A DNA stretch of 64,000 bases from a virus (IMGVR_UViG_3300046167_000744:1-64000); one strand, 5' to 3'; shown: positions 19,801 to 30,871, counted from the stretch's first letter. Numbers and translations: made by a program. Notes: generated by a model from the sequence alone, not told the origin.

Positions 19801-20822
19801 ATACCAGCGTAGCTACTGCTGAGTCGGATATAGATGATCTTGAGACGCTGACAGCCTCTCATACATCTAGCCTCGCCTCTAACGCTAGTAGCATATCGAG
19901 TCTCTCATCTACGCAGAGTAGTCACGCTTCCACGCTCACGAGCTTGCAGAATCAGATCGACGGGAATGATAGCGATATCAGCACCAACGCAAGTAGCATC
20001 TCTTCTAATGCGAGTAACATCAGTTCAAACGATACTGATATAACTAACTTGCAATCAGAGCTAGACGCTACTCAAAGCGGAGCTGGTCTTTCTGCAGCTG
20101 GGGCCTATCAAGCTGATAGCGGAGCTAACTACATCGCTAGTGCGACTAGCCTTGCTGATGCTGATGATAAACTCGATGCTGCTATTGCAGCTAGAGCTTC
20201 AGCTATCACTGGCTTAGACACTCGACTCTCAGCTGCTGAGTCTACAGTATCAGGTCACACTTCAACCTTATCGTCTCAAGCCTCTAGTATCAGCACCATT
20301 GAGAGTGATCTTAATACAGCTGAGAGCGCTATCGCTACACTAGAGAGCGAAATGGATGCTGTCGAATCTACTAATGTATCGCAGGCATCTACCCTCACTT
20401 CGCATGGCAGCCGTTTAACGTCCTTAGAGTCTAACGACAGCACTCAAGACAGCAGCATTACTAGCCTTGGATCTCGTGTAACCACACTTGAAAACACCAC
20501 TGGTAGTAATACAGCGATCACAGCACTTCAAGGTAGAATGACTACCGCCGAAGGTGATATAGATGATCTTGAGACTCTAACCGCCTCTCACACTACCGAT
20601 ATAGCTATTGCTAATGCACGGCAAGGTGGTATTTGGCATCAGGACACTAATACGGTAGTATACAAATCCAGTGGCTTCACCGTCCGACAATCTTATGGTG
20701 CCTGGGGGTATGAACCGTCTACGAATGATTTCGTATTCATCGCACCCGAAGGCGGCCCTGGTGATCGTCACTGGAATTACGAAGGATCAACTGGTTCAAT
20801 CATTTTCACAGGAGTATCATAA
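16824..20822 (+). CDS. Long coiled-coil fibre protein (1332 aa)
   Basis: Fibre-type N-terminus (ATTKEPGLVRLA; GAAPAALNTLQELAEAI), long IxxNDxDI heptads and about 9 GLxxxGxY..SNYL..ASS....LDxQ modules. Confidence 0.8.
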   Translation: MAILSGDDATTKEPGLVRLARVDETLAGVSESIATTPLGVASYVAQLIGAAPAALNTLQELAEAIQGDDDFYVRVQTLEATATSHGTRLTSAEGDIAVLQADLNTAESSISTLQSGVSGNDTDIAGILTRLTAAEGDIDDLEAHTHIDGGGSSTALQDEVDDIEAGVGLATDGSYASRSGSNYIDSASSIAGEIGLLDTQVKSNADAISSLQSGGSGSSANQDEVDDIESSVGLDADGNYVSRSGTNYLDSASSIVGEIGLLDAQAKISADAIASNDSDIASIQSDVSAAQSDISTNASGISSNSSAISTLNSLADSHEASIGLSSAGAYVTRSGSNYLDSASSIVGEISALDTQVKANADSAAANSSAISSNDSDIAGILTRLTTAEGEIDALEIEAHDDTQVELDATQAGAGLDADGGYTADATSNYLTSASSLKDADDKLDAQIKSNADSITSLQSSVSSTQSDLDTAESAITSLQSDVAGNDSDISGLAARMSTAEGDITQLETDVAGNDSDIATNLAAIQSNDSDITALQGRMSTAESDIDTVELSVAGKADGSLVDTIEASIGISADGTFSANSSSNYLGSASSVRGEINALDTQAKANADSIDANDTDILAILTTVSGHSTSIAANSSAISSNDSDIATNVASISTLQSEVDAAQVGAGLDSDGGYTADSSSNYLTAASSLKDADDKLDAQIKSLSDDIDAITSGTSGSASLATIQAEVNATQAGAGLDPDGDYTADSSSNYLASATSLLDADDKLDAQIKVNADAIASNDSDISALQSSVSGNDSDISSLQSSVASNSSAVSSNDSDIANLQALANTHEASIGLEADGSLAAFTNKPIIASDTSIRAAVEGIVDYVGEASISGTLSANLVTAQASISTNATNISGNDSDISALQASMSAAESDIDDLETLTVSHTSSIASNAANIASNDTDIAANLASIQSNDTDIASNLAAIQGNDSDIAGLLTRMNTAESNIGSNDTDISNINTSVATAESDIDDLETLTASHTSSLASNASSISSLSSTQSSHASTLTSLQNQIDGNDSDISTNASSISSNASNISSNDTDITNLQSELDATQSGAGLSAAGAYQADSGANYIASATSLADADDKLDAAIAARASAITGLDTRLSAAESTVSGHTSTLSSQASSISTIESDLNTAESAIATLESEMDAVESTNVSQASTLTSHGSRLTSLESNDSTQDSSITSLGSRVTTLENTTGSNTAITALQGRMTTAEGDIDDLETLTASHTTDIAIANARQGGIWHQDTNTVVYKSSGFTVRQSYGAWGYEPSTNDFVFIAPEGGPGDRHWNYEGSTGSIIFTGVS

Positions 20823-23800
20823 TGGCTTCAGTCAGACCCGAATCCAATAACACCCACACTCTAGGAACGTCTACTTATAAGTGGGCCACCCTACATAGTG
20901 TGGATGTTCAGGCCGCTACCATCACAACATCAGGCGATGTTGAAATCGGTGGCAATCTTACCGTCAGCGGAACTCAAACCGTTCTTGACGTAACCACCGT
21001 AAGTGTTGAAGATCCATTGCTTCAGCTCGCTAAATCCAACTCAGCTGACAGCGTTGATATCGGCTTCTATGGTCAAATCGTTGACGGGTCTACTACTGAG
21101 TATGTTGGACTCTACCGAGATGCTAGTGATGGTAAGTTTAAGTTATTTGAGAGCGCTTCAGCAGCACCTACCTCTACCGTAAGCGGTGGATCTACCGCCA
21201 CTCTCGTGGCTAACGTAGAAGGTGCCGTCACTGGTAACGCCGACACTGCAACCTCTGCAGCAGCTCTTACAACTGCACGAACTCTCAGCATCAGCGGCGA
21301 CGCATCAGGCTCTGTATCCTTCGATGGATCAGCTGATGCAGATATCGCTATCACTGTAGGTTCTGGAGCTATTGAAAACTCAATGCTCGACAATAGCTCA
21401 ATCACCTTTACCGACGGATCTAACTCAGAGGCTCTTGCACTCGGTGCGACTCTTGAGATCGGCGGAACCTCTGGTGAAGTTGAAGTAGCCTACTCATCGG
21501 CAGCTAATAAGTTTACCGTAGGGCTTCCTGACGATGTTAATATCGCAGGCGACCTCGTAGTATCTGGTATTATCTCAGGAACCGTTCAAGCTAACTCAAG
21601 CACAGCTACTAAGTTAGCTACTGCCCGTAACATCGCACTTGGTGGTGATCTTGCAGGCTCTGCTAGTTTTGATGGGTCTGCTGACGTGAGCATCACGGCT
21701 ACCATCCAGGCAGGTAGTGTCGATAACGCTATGCTCGCTAACGATGGAATTAGCCTCAAGCTAGCTGGTGTTGCTCAAGAAGATATTAACCTCGGTGATG
21801 ATCTTAACTTCGCAGGGCACTAGCAACGAAGTAGAGATCGCCTATGATGCATCTACTAACTCACTTACTTTCGGACTACCTAGTAGCATTACTGCTGCGC
21901 TCGTAGGGAATGCTTCAACAGCATCCGCTTGGGCTAACGCTAGAACAATCTCACTTGGTGGGGATCTTGGCGGATCAGTAAGCATTGACGGATCAGCAGA
22001 TGCGACTCTCACTGCGACTATCCAAGCTGGCTCTGTAGAAAACTCAATGCTGGACAACAGCAGCCTCACTGTTAGCGATGGATCTAATACATCAGCGGTC
22101 GCTCTTGGTGGCACGTTAACTATCGCTGGAACTGCAAATGAGGTTGCGGTAGCTCACTCTTCAGGCGTGACTACCATCGGCCTTCCAAGTAGCATCAGTG
22201 GTCTTACTGCTGTATCTGCTGACGATTTTGTAGGCGACCTCACGGGTAAGGCTGATACAGCTGACGCTCTTGCGACTGCACGGACCCTAAGTATCTCTGG
22301 TGATGCTACAGGATCTGCTAGCTTCGATGGATCTGCAAACGCAGCTATCGCCCTAACCATTGCGGCTGGAGCGGTAGATAACGCTATGCTCGCAAATGAT
22401 GGGATCGGCCTTAAGCTCGCAGGCGTAGCTCAAGAAGACATCAATCTTGGTGATGATCTTAACTTCGCTGGAACAGCTAGTGAAGTCGATATCGCATACG
22501 CATCAGGTAGTAACACGCTTACATTCAGCCTCCCTTCAACTATCAACGCAGCGACTACCGCAAACGCAGCTACATCATCAGCATGGGCCAGCGCTCGCAC
22601 CGTATCTCTCGGTGGTGACCTCGGTGGATCAGTAAGTATTGATGGATCAGCGGATGCGACTCTCAACGCTACTATTCAAAGCAGCTCTGTAGAAAACAGT
22701 ATGCTCGCTAACTCAGGGATCACCATCCAGGACGACAACGCTCAAGCAGCCTCAGTCGCTCTCGGTGGATCTCTTCGATTCAGTGAGGTAGCTAACGAGA
22801 CTACAGTCAACTTCGATTCGTCTGCTGGCTCTATCACTATCGGACTTCCTGATAACATTACAGCTGACGTAACAGGTAATGCTGACTCTGCATCGGCTCT
22901 TGAGACTGCACGAACCATCGCACTTAGCGGTGACGTAACAGGCACAGGCTCTTTCGATGGATCAGCTAACCTCACAATAGCAACTACTTTAGCAGGTGGC
23001 ACGGCGCTCACCTTCGCTGACGGTGACTCAAACTCTGAAGCTCTAGCTTTGGGATCGACTATCACCTTTGAAGGCACTAGTAATGAAGTTGATGTTGCGT
23101 ATGGAGCAGGCTCCAATACATTCACTATTGGACTACCTGATACTATCGCTGCGGAACTCACAGGTAATGCATCTACTGCAACTGCCCTGGCTACAGCTCG
23201 CACCATTGCTCTTAGTGGCGATGTTACAGGTTCGGGTTCGTTTGATGGTAGTGGCAACCTCACCATCGCTTCTACTTTGGCTGGTGGCACTGCTCTTACC
23301 TTTACTGATGGATCTAACTCAGAGGCTCTGGCTCTCGGTTCGACTCTTGAAGTCGGAGGCACCGCTAACGAGGTAGAGGTCGCATACAGCACAGCGGCTA
23401 ATAAGTTTACAGTTGGTCTTCCTGATGATGTAAACATCGCAGGTGATCTCGTAGTCTCTGGAACTATTTCAGGAACCGTAGCGGCTAACTCAAGCACTGC
23501 TACTAAACTAGCTACAGCTCGCACCATCTCACTCGCTGGTGACCTTGGAGGCTCAGTGAGCTTCGATGGATCAGCTGATGTTAGCCTCACTAGCACGATC
23601 CAGGCAGGTAGCGTTGATAACTCAATGCTAGCTAATGATCATATCGGCCTTAAGCTCGGTGGTGTAGCTCAAGAGGATATCGCACTCGGTGATGATCTCG
23701 ACTTTGTTGCAGGTCAGGACCTAGACGTAGCTTATAACGCTAGCACTAACGCTCTTACATTCAGCCTTGAGTCTGAGATTGATAGTGATACTACTGGTAA

Positions 23801-25517
23801 CGCAGCAACCGCTTCCGCACTTGAGACCGCACGAACTCTCAGCATCACTGGTGACGCTACAGGTTCAGCTAGTTTCGATGGGTCAGCTAATGCGGCTATC
23901 GCATTGACCATCGCTGCAGGTGCTGTAGACAACGCCATGTTAGCTAATGATGGAATCAGCTTGAAGCTCGGCGGTGTTGCTCAAGAAGATATCAACCTCG
24001 GTGATGATCTTAACTTTGCAGGGACCGCTAGTGAAGTGGAGATCGCTTATGCTTCTGGAAGTAACACTCTTACTTTCGGACTCCCTGATACTATCGCTGC
24101 AGAGCTTACAGGTAACTCAAGCACTGCTACTAAACTAGCTACAGCTAGAGCTATCTCAGTGAGTGGAGACGCTTCAGGAACCGTTAACTTCGATGGGTCA
24201 GCTGACGCAGATATCGCATTGACTATCGCTTCGGGCGCTGTCGATAACGCTATGCTTGCTAACGATGGATTTAGCCTTCTCGTGGATAGCGTGAGCCAAG
24301 AGGATATCAACCTCGGTGACTCACTCAACTTCATCAGTGGTCAAGATATTGATATCGCTTACAACACTACATCTAACCAACTCAGTATTGCTCTTGAAGG
24401 CACTATTGATAGCGATACTACTGGTAACGCAGCGACTGCTTCAGCATGGGCAAACTCACGCACAATCAGTCTAGGCGGTGACCTTGGAGGCTCAGTTGCT
24501 CTTAACGGATCTGCTGATGCAACTCTCACGGCTACTATCCAGTCTAACTCAGTAGAAAACAGCATGCTGGCTAACAGTGGCGTAACACTAGCAGCTGACT
24601 CAGGTTCAAACGATCCTATAGCTCTTGGTGAGACACTCACTATCTCAGGAACCTCTAACGAGATCGAGACTGCTGCCGCTGGTAGTAATCAGATCACTAT
24701 CGGACTTCCTAATAACGTCACTATCGGTAATAACCTCACCGTAACCAACGACTTAGCGGTATCTTCAGGTGATCTTGAGATTACTGACGGGACACTCTCT
24801 ATCCTCGGTGGTGGAGCTACTATCAACGGAACCGTAGCGATCAACGGAACGCATACCATCAACGGTAGCCTTATCGCTAACTCTGCAACTATGAAGTTTG
24901 AAGACAGCCTCCTTGAGCTAGGTTACACTAACTCAAGCGTTGTCGATCACGGTTTCTTCAGCAAGCATAGCGACGGCGATTACGTCGGTGTAGCTTATGA
25001 TCAGTCAGCTGCTGAGTTTGCGATGTTCAAGACAGGCACCAAGCCTGGAGCGACAGTAGACACTGGTGCTGGTGATTATGAGCTTGCTGATATGCGAGCG
25101 AAGAACATTGCTGCTAACGGTAGCTTGCTCGTGAGCGGTTCCGTTATCAACAACTCTTCAAAGGGTATGTTCGAGAAGCTCAGCTTCGCCTCTGTTACTG
25201 GAGCTAACACCACTCTATCAGGCTCTCAGATGGTCGGTGGTGTGATTCTTCGTGATGCGAGCAACGATGAGACTGATGCAACCGCTACAGCGGCTCAGAT
25301 CGTAGCTGCGATGCCTAGCTCTGCTAGACTTGCAGATATGACTTTCGTGATGCGCTTCATCGTCTCAGGAACTAGCGCTGGATATAGCTTCACAGCTGGA
25401 TCTGGTGTGACTATTGTTGGAGGGTCTTCTTACATGACAGACAAGACTCACTCGTATCTCGTGCGTGTTACTAACGCTACGGGATCTAGTGAAGCGGTCA
25501 CCATGTATAAGCTCTAA
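20822..25517 (+). CDS. Long repetitive fibre protein (~1560 aa), split by one extra G at ~21815
   Basis: 11 repeats of ARTIxLxGDxxGSxSFDGSAD. Internal copies read LNFAGTASEVEIA, so ORFs 20822-21823 and 21768-25517 join into one gene. Confidence 0.85.
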
Positions 25518-25684
25518 GATGATAACCAGGTAGCTATGGTGTTATACTACTTAAATCATACAGGCTGGTGGCAGCATTATTGAAGATGCACAGTCAGCCC
25601 TACCGAACTCCGTGTATTGATACTTCGTAGCTGGGGGTGATACTCTTAGTCTTTTAAACCCACGCTAGATAGTTAGGATTTATT

Positions 25685-26005
25685 ATGGATAAGATTATCG
25701 CCATTGTTACCAGGCATAAGGTGCAGTTGAAATGGACTGTTGTCGGAGTCCTGGCCGTCCTTATCGCCTACTACTCTGTAGAGGCTCTCATGGGCCTCGT
25801 AGCTATTCTATTCGGCAGCCAGGTGCATACGTCGAAGAAACAGCAAGCTGAGCATAGAGAGCGCATTAAAGACGTTGTAGAGCAACAACAGGAAGCTCAA
25901 GAAGATCTAGAGGCTATCCGTAAATCTCAAGTAGAGGCTGTAACTAAAGCAAAAGCTAAGGCAGCCTCAAGAGTTGACGACTTTATTGACGGAGATTGGC
26001 CATGA
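25685..26005 (+). CDS. Membrane protein with coiled coil (i-spanin-like)
   Basis: N-terminal TM followed by a charged helix; overlaps the next gene. Confidence 0.5.
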   Translation: MDKIIAIVTRHKVQLKWTVVGVLAVLIAYYSVEALMGLVAILFGSQVHTSKKQQAEHRERIKDVVEQQQEAQEDLEAIRKSQVEAVTKAKAKAASRVDDFIDGDWP

Positions 26006-26418
26006 TCAAAGCTATACTCCTATCGCTACCTATCATCTTCTCTACCTCAGTAGGTCTATGGATCAATACTGACGGGTCCGAGAAGATGGTGCCTTGCCCT
26101 GAGTCTTTTGATACGGACCGCCTACGATTACCTCAAGGCTGCTCAGCCTACGAACCAGGTGTATGGTTAAGCGTGGATCGTTATCGAGAGATGGATATCG
26201 AGTTGCAGACTTTAGAGACTCAGCTCGCCGCCAAGGATGAGGAGATCAAGCATCTTGAGGCTAGAACTAATCAGCTTCAAGGACAACTTATCCTCTGCAC
26301 CGCAGTTCCTGAGTGTCCTGCGTGTCCAGACAACTTTCTCAAATACACCGCCACAGGCGCTGCTCTAGGCTCTGTTATTTCACTGGGAGGATGCGCCGCA
26401 TGGAATCTATCACAATAA
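25996..26418 (+). CDS. Secreted or membrane coiled-coil protein (spanin-like)
   Basis: Signal-like N-terminus, coiled coil, CPAC, hydrophobic C-terminus. Confidence 0.45.
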   Translation: MAMIKAILLSLPIIFSTSVGLWINTDGSEKMVPCPESFDTDRLRLPQGCSAYEPGVWLSVDRYREMDIELQTLETQLAAKDEEIKHLEARTNQLQGQLILCTAVPECPACPDNFLKYTATGAALGSVISLGGCAAWNLSQ

Positions 26419-26672
26419 ACGCATTAGCTGGAGGGGCCGCTATCATAGGCTTCCTCTATACCTACATTAAGGACCGTTACGAAAACGGTAAGATCATAGG
26501 TAAGCTAGAAGAGCGTGTAGCTAATCTCGAAAGAGGTAATGAAATACTTGATCAACTCACGAATACGCTCACTGAGACTCGTTTGGCAGTTGCTAGGTTG
26601 GAGCAAAAAGTGGATAGTATCTCTACTTGGGTGCAGCAACAGCAGCAGCAAACACCATTACGCAGAGAATAG
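26400..26672 (+). CDS. Small single-TM coiled-coil protein (holin/XhlA-like)
   Basis: MESITINALAGGAAIIGFLYTY with GGAGG upstream; LAVARLEQKVD. Confidence 0.55.
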   Translation: MESITINALAGGAAIIGFLYTYIKDRYENGKIIGKLEERVANLERGNEILDQLTNTLTETRLAVARLEQKVDSISTWVQQQQQQTPLRRE

Positions 26673-26682
26673 GAGCGGATAT

Positions 26683-27378
26683 ATGGATTCGTCAGTTGAC
26701 TTATATAATGATGGTATTGGAATCGTCACTCTCATTGATTACATGGGAGATGATAAACGAGCGCTACATGCGGCTCGTGTCTCTTTCTTAAGAGACGAAG
26801 ATCTATTAGTAGACGACGGTGAGCGTCTCGATCCTAAAGATAAGAAGTTAGCTAAGTTCTTATTGAAGCATCAGCACACCTCACCATTTGAGCATAGCTC
26901 ACTTAGTTTTAGAATTAAGGTGCCTCTATTCATTCGTAGCCAAATAATGCGTCACCGCACGTTCAGCTATAATGAGGTGAGTCGCAGGTATACAGATTCG
27001 TGTATCGAGTTCCATATACCTAAAGAGCTACGCAAACAGTCTGAGAAGAATCTACAATGCAGCGTAGATGAGGTTGTGTTTAATAATGATAAGCTGGTTA
27101 AGGCTATGCGTAACCAGGCTGATTCTGCATTTAAAACCTATCAGATGTTTCTCGACTGTGGAGTATGCAGAGAGCAGGCTCGTGCAGTCCTACCTCAGAA
27201 TATGTATACGACTTTCTATATGACAGGTAACCTCCTCAACTGGATCAAGTTTTTGAAGTTACGGTTAGACGAACACGCTCAGCCAGAGGTGCAGGAGCTG
27301 GGAGTAGCTATTCTATCTATGATGGAAGAGGTATTCCCTGACACTGTAGCTATCTTGAAGGAGCTAGATATACTATGA
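26683..27378 (+). CDS. thyX: Flavin-dependent thymidylate synthase
   Basis: AARVS, HTSPFEH, RHRTFSYNEVSRRY, EQARAVLP, HAQPE; start at 26683 after AGGAG. Confidence 0.96.
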   Translation: MDSSVDLYNDGIGIVTLIDYMGDDKRALHAARVSFLRDEDLLVDDGERLDPKDKKLAKFLLKHQHTSPFEHSSLSFRIKVPLFIRSQIMRHRTFSYNEVSRRYTDSCIEFHIPKELRKQSEKNLQCSVDEVVFNNDKLVKAMRNQADSAFKTYQMFLDCGVCREQARAVLPQNMYTTFYMTGNLLNWIKFLKLRLDEHAQPEVQELGVAILSMMEEVFPDTVAILKELDIL

Positions 27379-27920
27379 AGATCAAGCACTTAGCTCATCG
27401 CATCAAGACCTGCTTATCACTAGCCTCCCTTTCACCCTGTAAGCGGCGGCAGTTCGGCTGCGTGGTTATAGACCCTATCGCTAATATTATACTTAGTGAG
27501 GGATATAACGGCAGCCTTCGTGGATCGACTCAGTTATGCGGTGGATCTAAGTGTGATCGAGAGGGGTTGAAGCCAGGCACTACTTATGAGGTAGGCTGTG
27601 TCCATGCCGAGCAGAACGCTGTATATAATGCAGCTCGTATCGGTAACTCGCTAGTAGGTTCCTGGTTTATCATAAATGGTGAGCCTTGCAGCTTATGCGC
27701 TAAAGCAATCGTTCAGGTAGGTGCTACAAAGGTTATTTGTGTATCGGGAGTGTTCGGACAACTAGACGGCGTTGAGATACTTCAAGACGCTGGAGTAGAG
27801 GTTGTTTTAGTAGAGCCTGATATGAGTGGTCTAGAGCTAGCTCTGCATCAGCCTATGCGATTACCTCGTGTCCGTGAGCAGAAAATACCTAGCAGTCCCT
27901 TTTCTAAGCAGACTACCTAA
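27375..27920 (+). CDS. dCMP deaminase
   Basis: SPCKRRQFGC, GYNG, HAEQNA, PCSLC. Confidence 0.93.
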   Translation: MKIKHLAHRIKTCLSLASLSPCKRRQFGCVVIDPIANIILSEGYNGSLRGSTQLCGGSKCDREGLKPGTTYEVGCVHAEQNAVYNAARIGNSLVGSWFIINGEPCSLCAKAIVQVGATKVICVSGVFGQLDGVEILQDAGVEVVLVEPDMSGLELALHQPMRLPRVREQKIPSSPFSKQTT

Positions 27921-27978
27921 ACTACTGAGGTTATGGTAGTATACAACTACACCCTATATATCTTAACGAGGCTTTAAC

Positions 27979-29412
27979 ATGAACATTTTTGAACGTATAA
28001 GCGGCTACTTCGGTAAGTCGGTTACTATGGATTCCGCCGAAGAGCTAATCAAGGCACTACCGCCACCAACAGGTCCCATACCAGAGGCTAACGCTGTTCA
28101 GATAAACCCTGTAGACGTAGCTAACGCCTTCATGTTGGAAGATAGCGTTGCAGGGGCCGAGTCGCATAGAGGTCTAGATTACGATCAGTTGCGAGCTATG
28201 TCAGCGGTGCCTATGATAGCCTCTATCATTCAGACCAGGATCAATCAGATCGCTGAGTTTGCTAAACCCTCTCAGGACGGTGCTGATATAGGCTTTCAGG
28301 TTCGACTAAAAGATCGAAGCGAGGTTCCTACTGAGGCGGATCTTGATACTATCCAGGACTTCTATACCTTTATGTTATCGTGCGGTGACAACCGTATAGA
28401 TTATGAGAGCAGCTTCGAGGCTTTCTTGCGTATGCTGATACGGGATAGCCTTATGTTTGACCAGGCCTGCTTTGAAGTTATTAGAAGTAGGAACGGTCAA
28501 GTATCAGGATTTATGAATGTAGACAGCGGCACGATCCGTAGATCTAGAATGTCTGAGGCTGAGAAGAAGACTGGTAAACGTGATCCCGAAGGCACTCACT
28601 TTGTCCAGGTAGTCGGTAATAAGGTCCGAGCTGAGTTTGGAGCGAAGGATTTATGCTTCGGTATACGTAGGCCTAGATCAGAGCTTAAGTATCGAGGATA
28701 CGGCTTTCCTGAGCTGCAAGAATGTATAGGTATTCTCACTAACCTACTTAACGCTGAAGTTTACAACGCTAGTAACTTTACGAATGGTATATCTGTATCG
28801 GGTATAGTCGCAGTTAAGACTAAGATGAATCCGCAGCTGTTCAGAGCCTTCCGTAGAGAGTTCTACTCTATGCTTAGCGGTAGCCATAACTCTAAACGCA
28901 CTCCATTGATACAACTCGATCCCGATAGCAACGAAGACCTCAAGGCTCTTAATCTATCTCAGAGTAACGCTGAGATGGAGTTTGAAAAATGGATGAACTA
29001 TAACATTAAGCAGCTCTGCGCTATCTTCCAGATTGACCCGATGGAAGTCGGTTTTAACTTTGGTGAGACAGGTAAGACCCATAGCTTAAATCAACAAGAT
29101 CCTAGCGCTAAGGTATTGATGAGTAAAGAGAAGGGACTACGGCCTTTATTAAGAGCTGTCGAGTCCTGGATTAATAAATACATCATTACCGAGTTAGATG
29201 ATCGCTTTGAGTTGATATTTACAGGGATGGATATCACTCCACCTGAGCGCCAGCTTGAGATGGACGTGAAGAAAGTGGCTGCATTTATGACCGTAAATGA
29301 GCTGCGAGCCATGTATGATATGGAGCCTCTACCTGGAGGTGATATTATTCTTAACCAGGTCGCCGCTGTCACAATGCCAGGTGCGGCACCTACCTGTAGT
29401 GGAGGAGCCTAA
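27979..29412 (+). CDS. Portal protein (SPO1/Twort-like)
   Basis: IIQTRINQIAEF, LIRDSLMFDQ, GYGFPEL, EMEFEKWMNY, SKEKGLRPLL, MTVNELR. Confidence 0.9.
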   Translation: MNIFERISGYFGKSVTMDSAEELIKALPPPTGPIPEANAVQINPVDVANAFMLEDSVAGAESHRGLDYDQLRAMSAVPMIASIIQTRINQIAEFAKPSQDGADIGFQVRLKDRSEVPTEADLDTIQDFYTFMLSCGDNRIDYESSFEAFLRMLIRDSLMFDQACFEVIRSRNGQVSGFMNVDSGTIRRSRMSEAEKKTGKRDPEGTHFVQVVGNKVRAEFGAKDLCFGIRRPRSELKYRGYGFPELQECIGILTNLLNAEVYNASNFTNGISVSGIVAVKTKMNPQLFRAFRREFYSMLSGSHNSKRTPLIQLDPDSNEDLKALNLSQSNAEMEFEKWMNYNIKQLCAIFQIDPMEVGFNFGETGKTHSLNQQDPSAKVLMSKEKGLRPLLRAVESWINKYIITELDDRFELIFTGMDITPPERQLEMDVKKVAAFMTVNELRAMYDMEPLPGGDIILNQVAAVTMPGAAPTCSGGA

Positions 29413-29414
29413 AG

Positions 29415-30871
29415 ATGCCTAATCAATCAAAGACATTTAATGTGCCACAGGCTGTCCGTGATGCTGCCGAGCGTGGCTTAGAACTGCGTCGTAAACACGG
29501 TCGAGGCTGGTCTTGATGCTAAGCAAGCTAAGAAAGAAGGAGTAGGCTCTGGTGTTCCAGCGAGCCTCTAATCTTATGCAAGGCACCGTCTCTTACAAAA
29601 CTGTTAAGCGTATGTTAGCCTTCTTCAATAGACATAAGGCGTTTAAAGAGCATCATAGCGATAAGACGAGTGCTGCTTGGATCTCACATATGCTATGGGG
29701 CGGCAATCCAGGTTATGCGTGGGCTAAACGCATTGTGAAGCAGGAGGAGAAAGTCGAGAAGGGTAGCTTCCTAGCTGCTCACTACTTCGGTGACGACTTC
29801 CCTGATGAGGAGCTTGAGGAGGAGGCTCAGCCTATCGGTGGTTTTGCGGAGTTACTTAAAGCCGCTCGCAGACCTAAAGACTTTATGGATATCGAGGGCA
29901 GGAAACGTATTAAAGCTAAAGCTGGTGACGAGACTGATGTTGTCGCTAGTGATGTAAAGCCTGTCGATGCTCCTAAAGACGCTATACCTGCTGAAGACGA
30001 GCCGCCTAGTAGTAAAGAACTCGATGAGGCCCTTAAGGAGTTCGGTGAGGAATCTGACGACGAGGTAGAGAAGGGTGTAGTGGTTATAGATCTAGTCGGT
30101 GACGACGATGAGCTACCTGATACAGAGCCAGCGGCCCCTGTGCCTCCACCTCAAGTTCCTATGCCTATACCTCCTGAGCCGATGCTCCAAGAGATAGACT
30201 TCGTGCCTGACGTGATCGTGACTCCCTATGATCAAGTTAAGATGAAGAAGATAGCTAAGAAAGGCCGAGCTATCTATGGCGTTGACAGGGTAGCTAAGAA
30301 GCAGGGACTCTATATATGTAGAGGTCAGTGGGACAATGTTGACCTAGATCTAGTTCAGGGCTATCTATCATTTATAGATGAGCCTGGTATGAAGAAGAAT
30401 GCGCTCGCTGTAGGTGGCGAAGCCATGCTCGCTGTGATTGAAAAGGCTGAGCCTAAAGTCCCTGCTAAATATTTAGAGGGATTGACAGGGCAGGAGCGTC
30501 AGAAGCGTAAGCGTGAGATACAGCGTCGGATGAAGGATAAGCAGAGCTATAAAGAGCTGCCAGGTGATAAGGACGCTAAAACTAAACCTAGTAAGTATAC
30601 CCGTAGTAGCTTCGCAGCTAAGGTTCGTGAAGAGATTAAGAAGCCTGGTAAAGATGAGTTCTTACGGGCGGCAGCTAAAGTGAGTGGTATAAGCAAGACG
30701 ATACTAGAGGAGTGTTATGATCGTGGCTTGAAGGCTTGGTCGTCAGGAGGTCACCGACCAGGGGCCTCACCTGCTGCGTGGGCTAGAGCTAGAGTCTACT
30801 CCCTGGCTACAGGAGGCAAGACACGAAGCACCGCTGATAAAGACTTATGGGAGAGACATAAGAGAGGCTAG
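29415..30871 (+). CDS. Multi-domain head-associated protein with DUF5824-like C-terminus (two indels near 29508 and 29557)
   Basis: VRDAAERGLELRRKHGRG...VKRMLAFFNRH...LWGGNPG domain; C-terminal YDRGLKAWSSGGHRPGASPAAWARARVYS. Confidence 0.7.

Noticed and set aside
21768-21823. Phase-variable or programmed shift in the fibre gene
   Set aside because: Only one extra G in GCAGGGCACT; no long tract or slippery heptamer; internal repeats show the continuous frame.
17036-24640. Many minus-strand ORFs within the fibre genes
   Set aside because: Antisense shadows of repetitive Ala/Ser/Gly/Thr codons, with no RBS or motifs.
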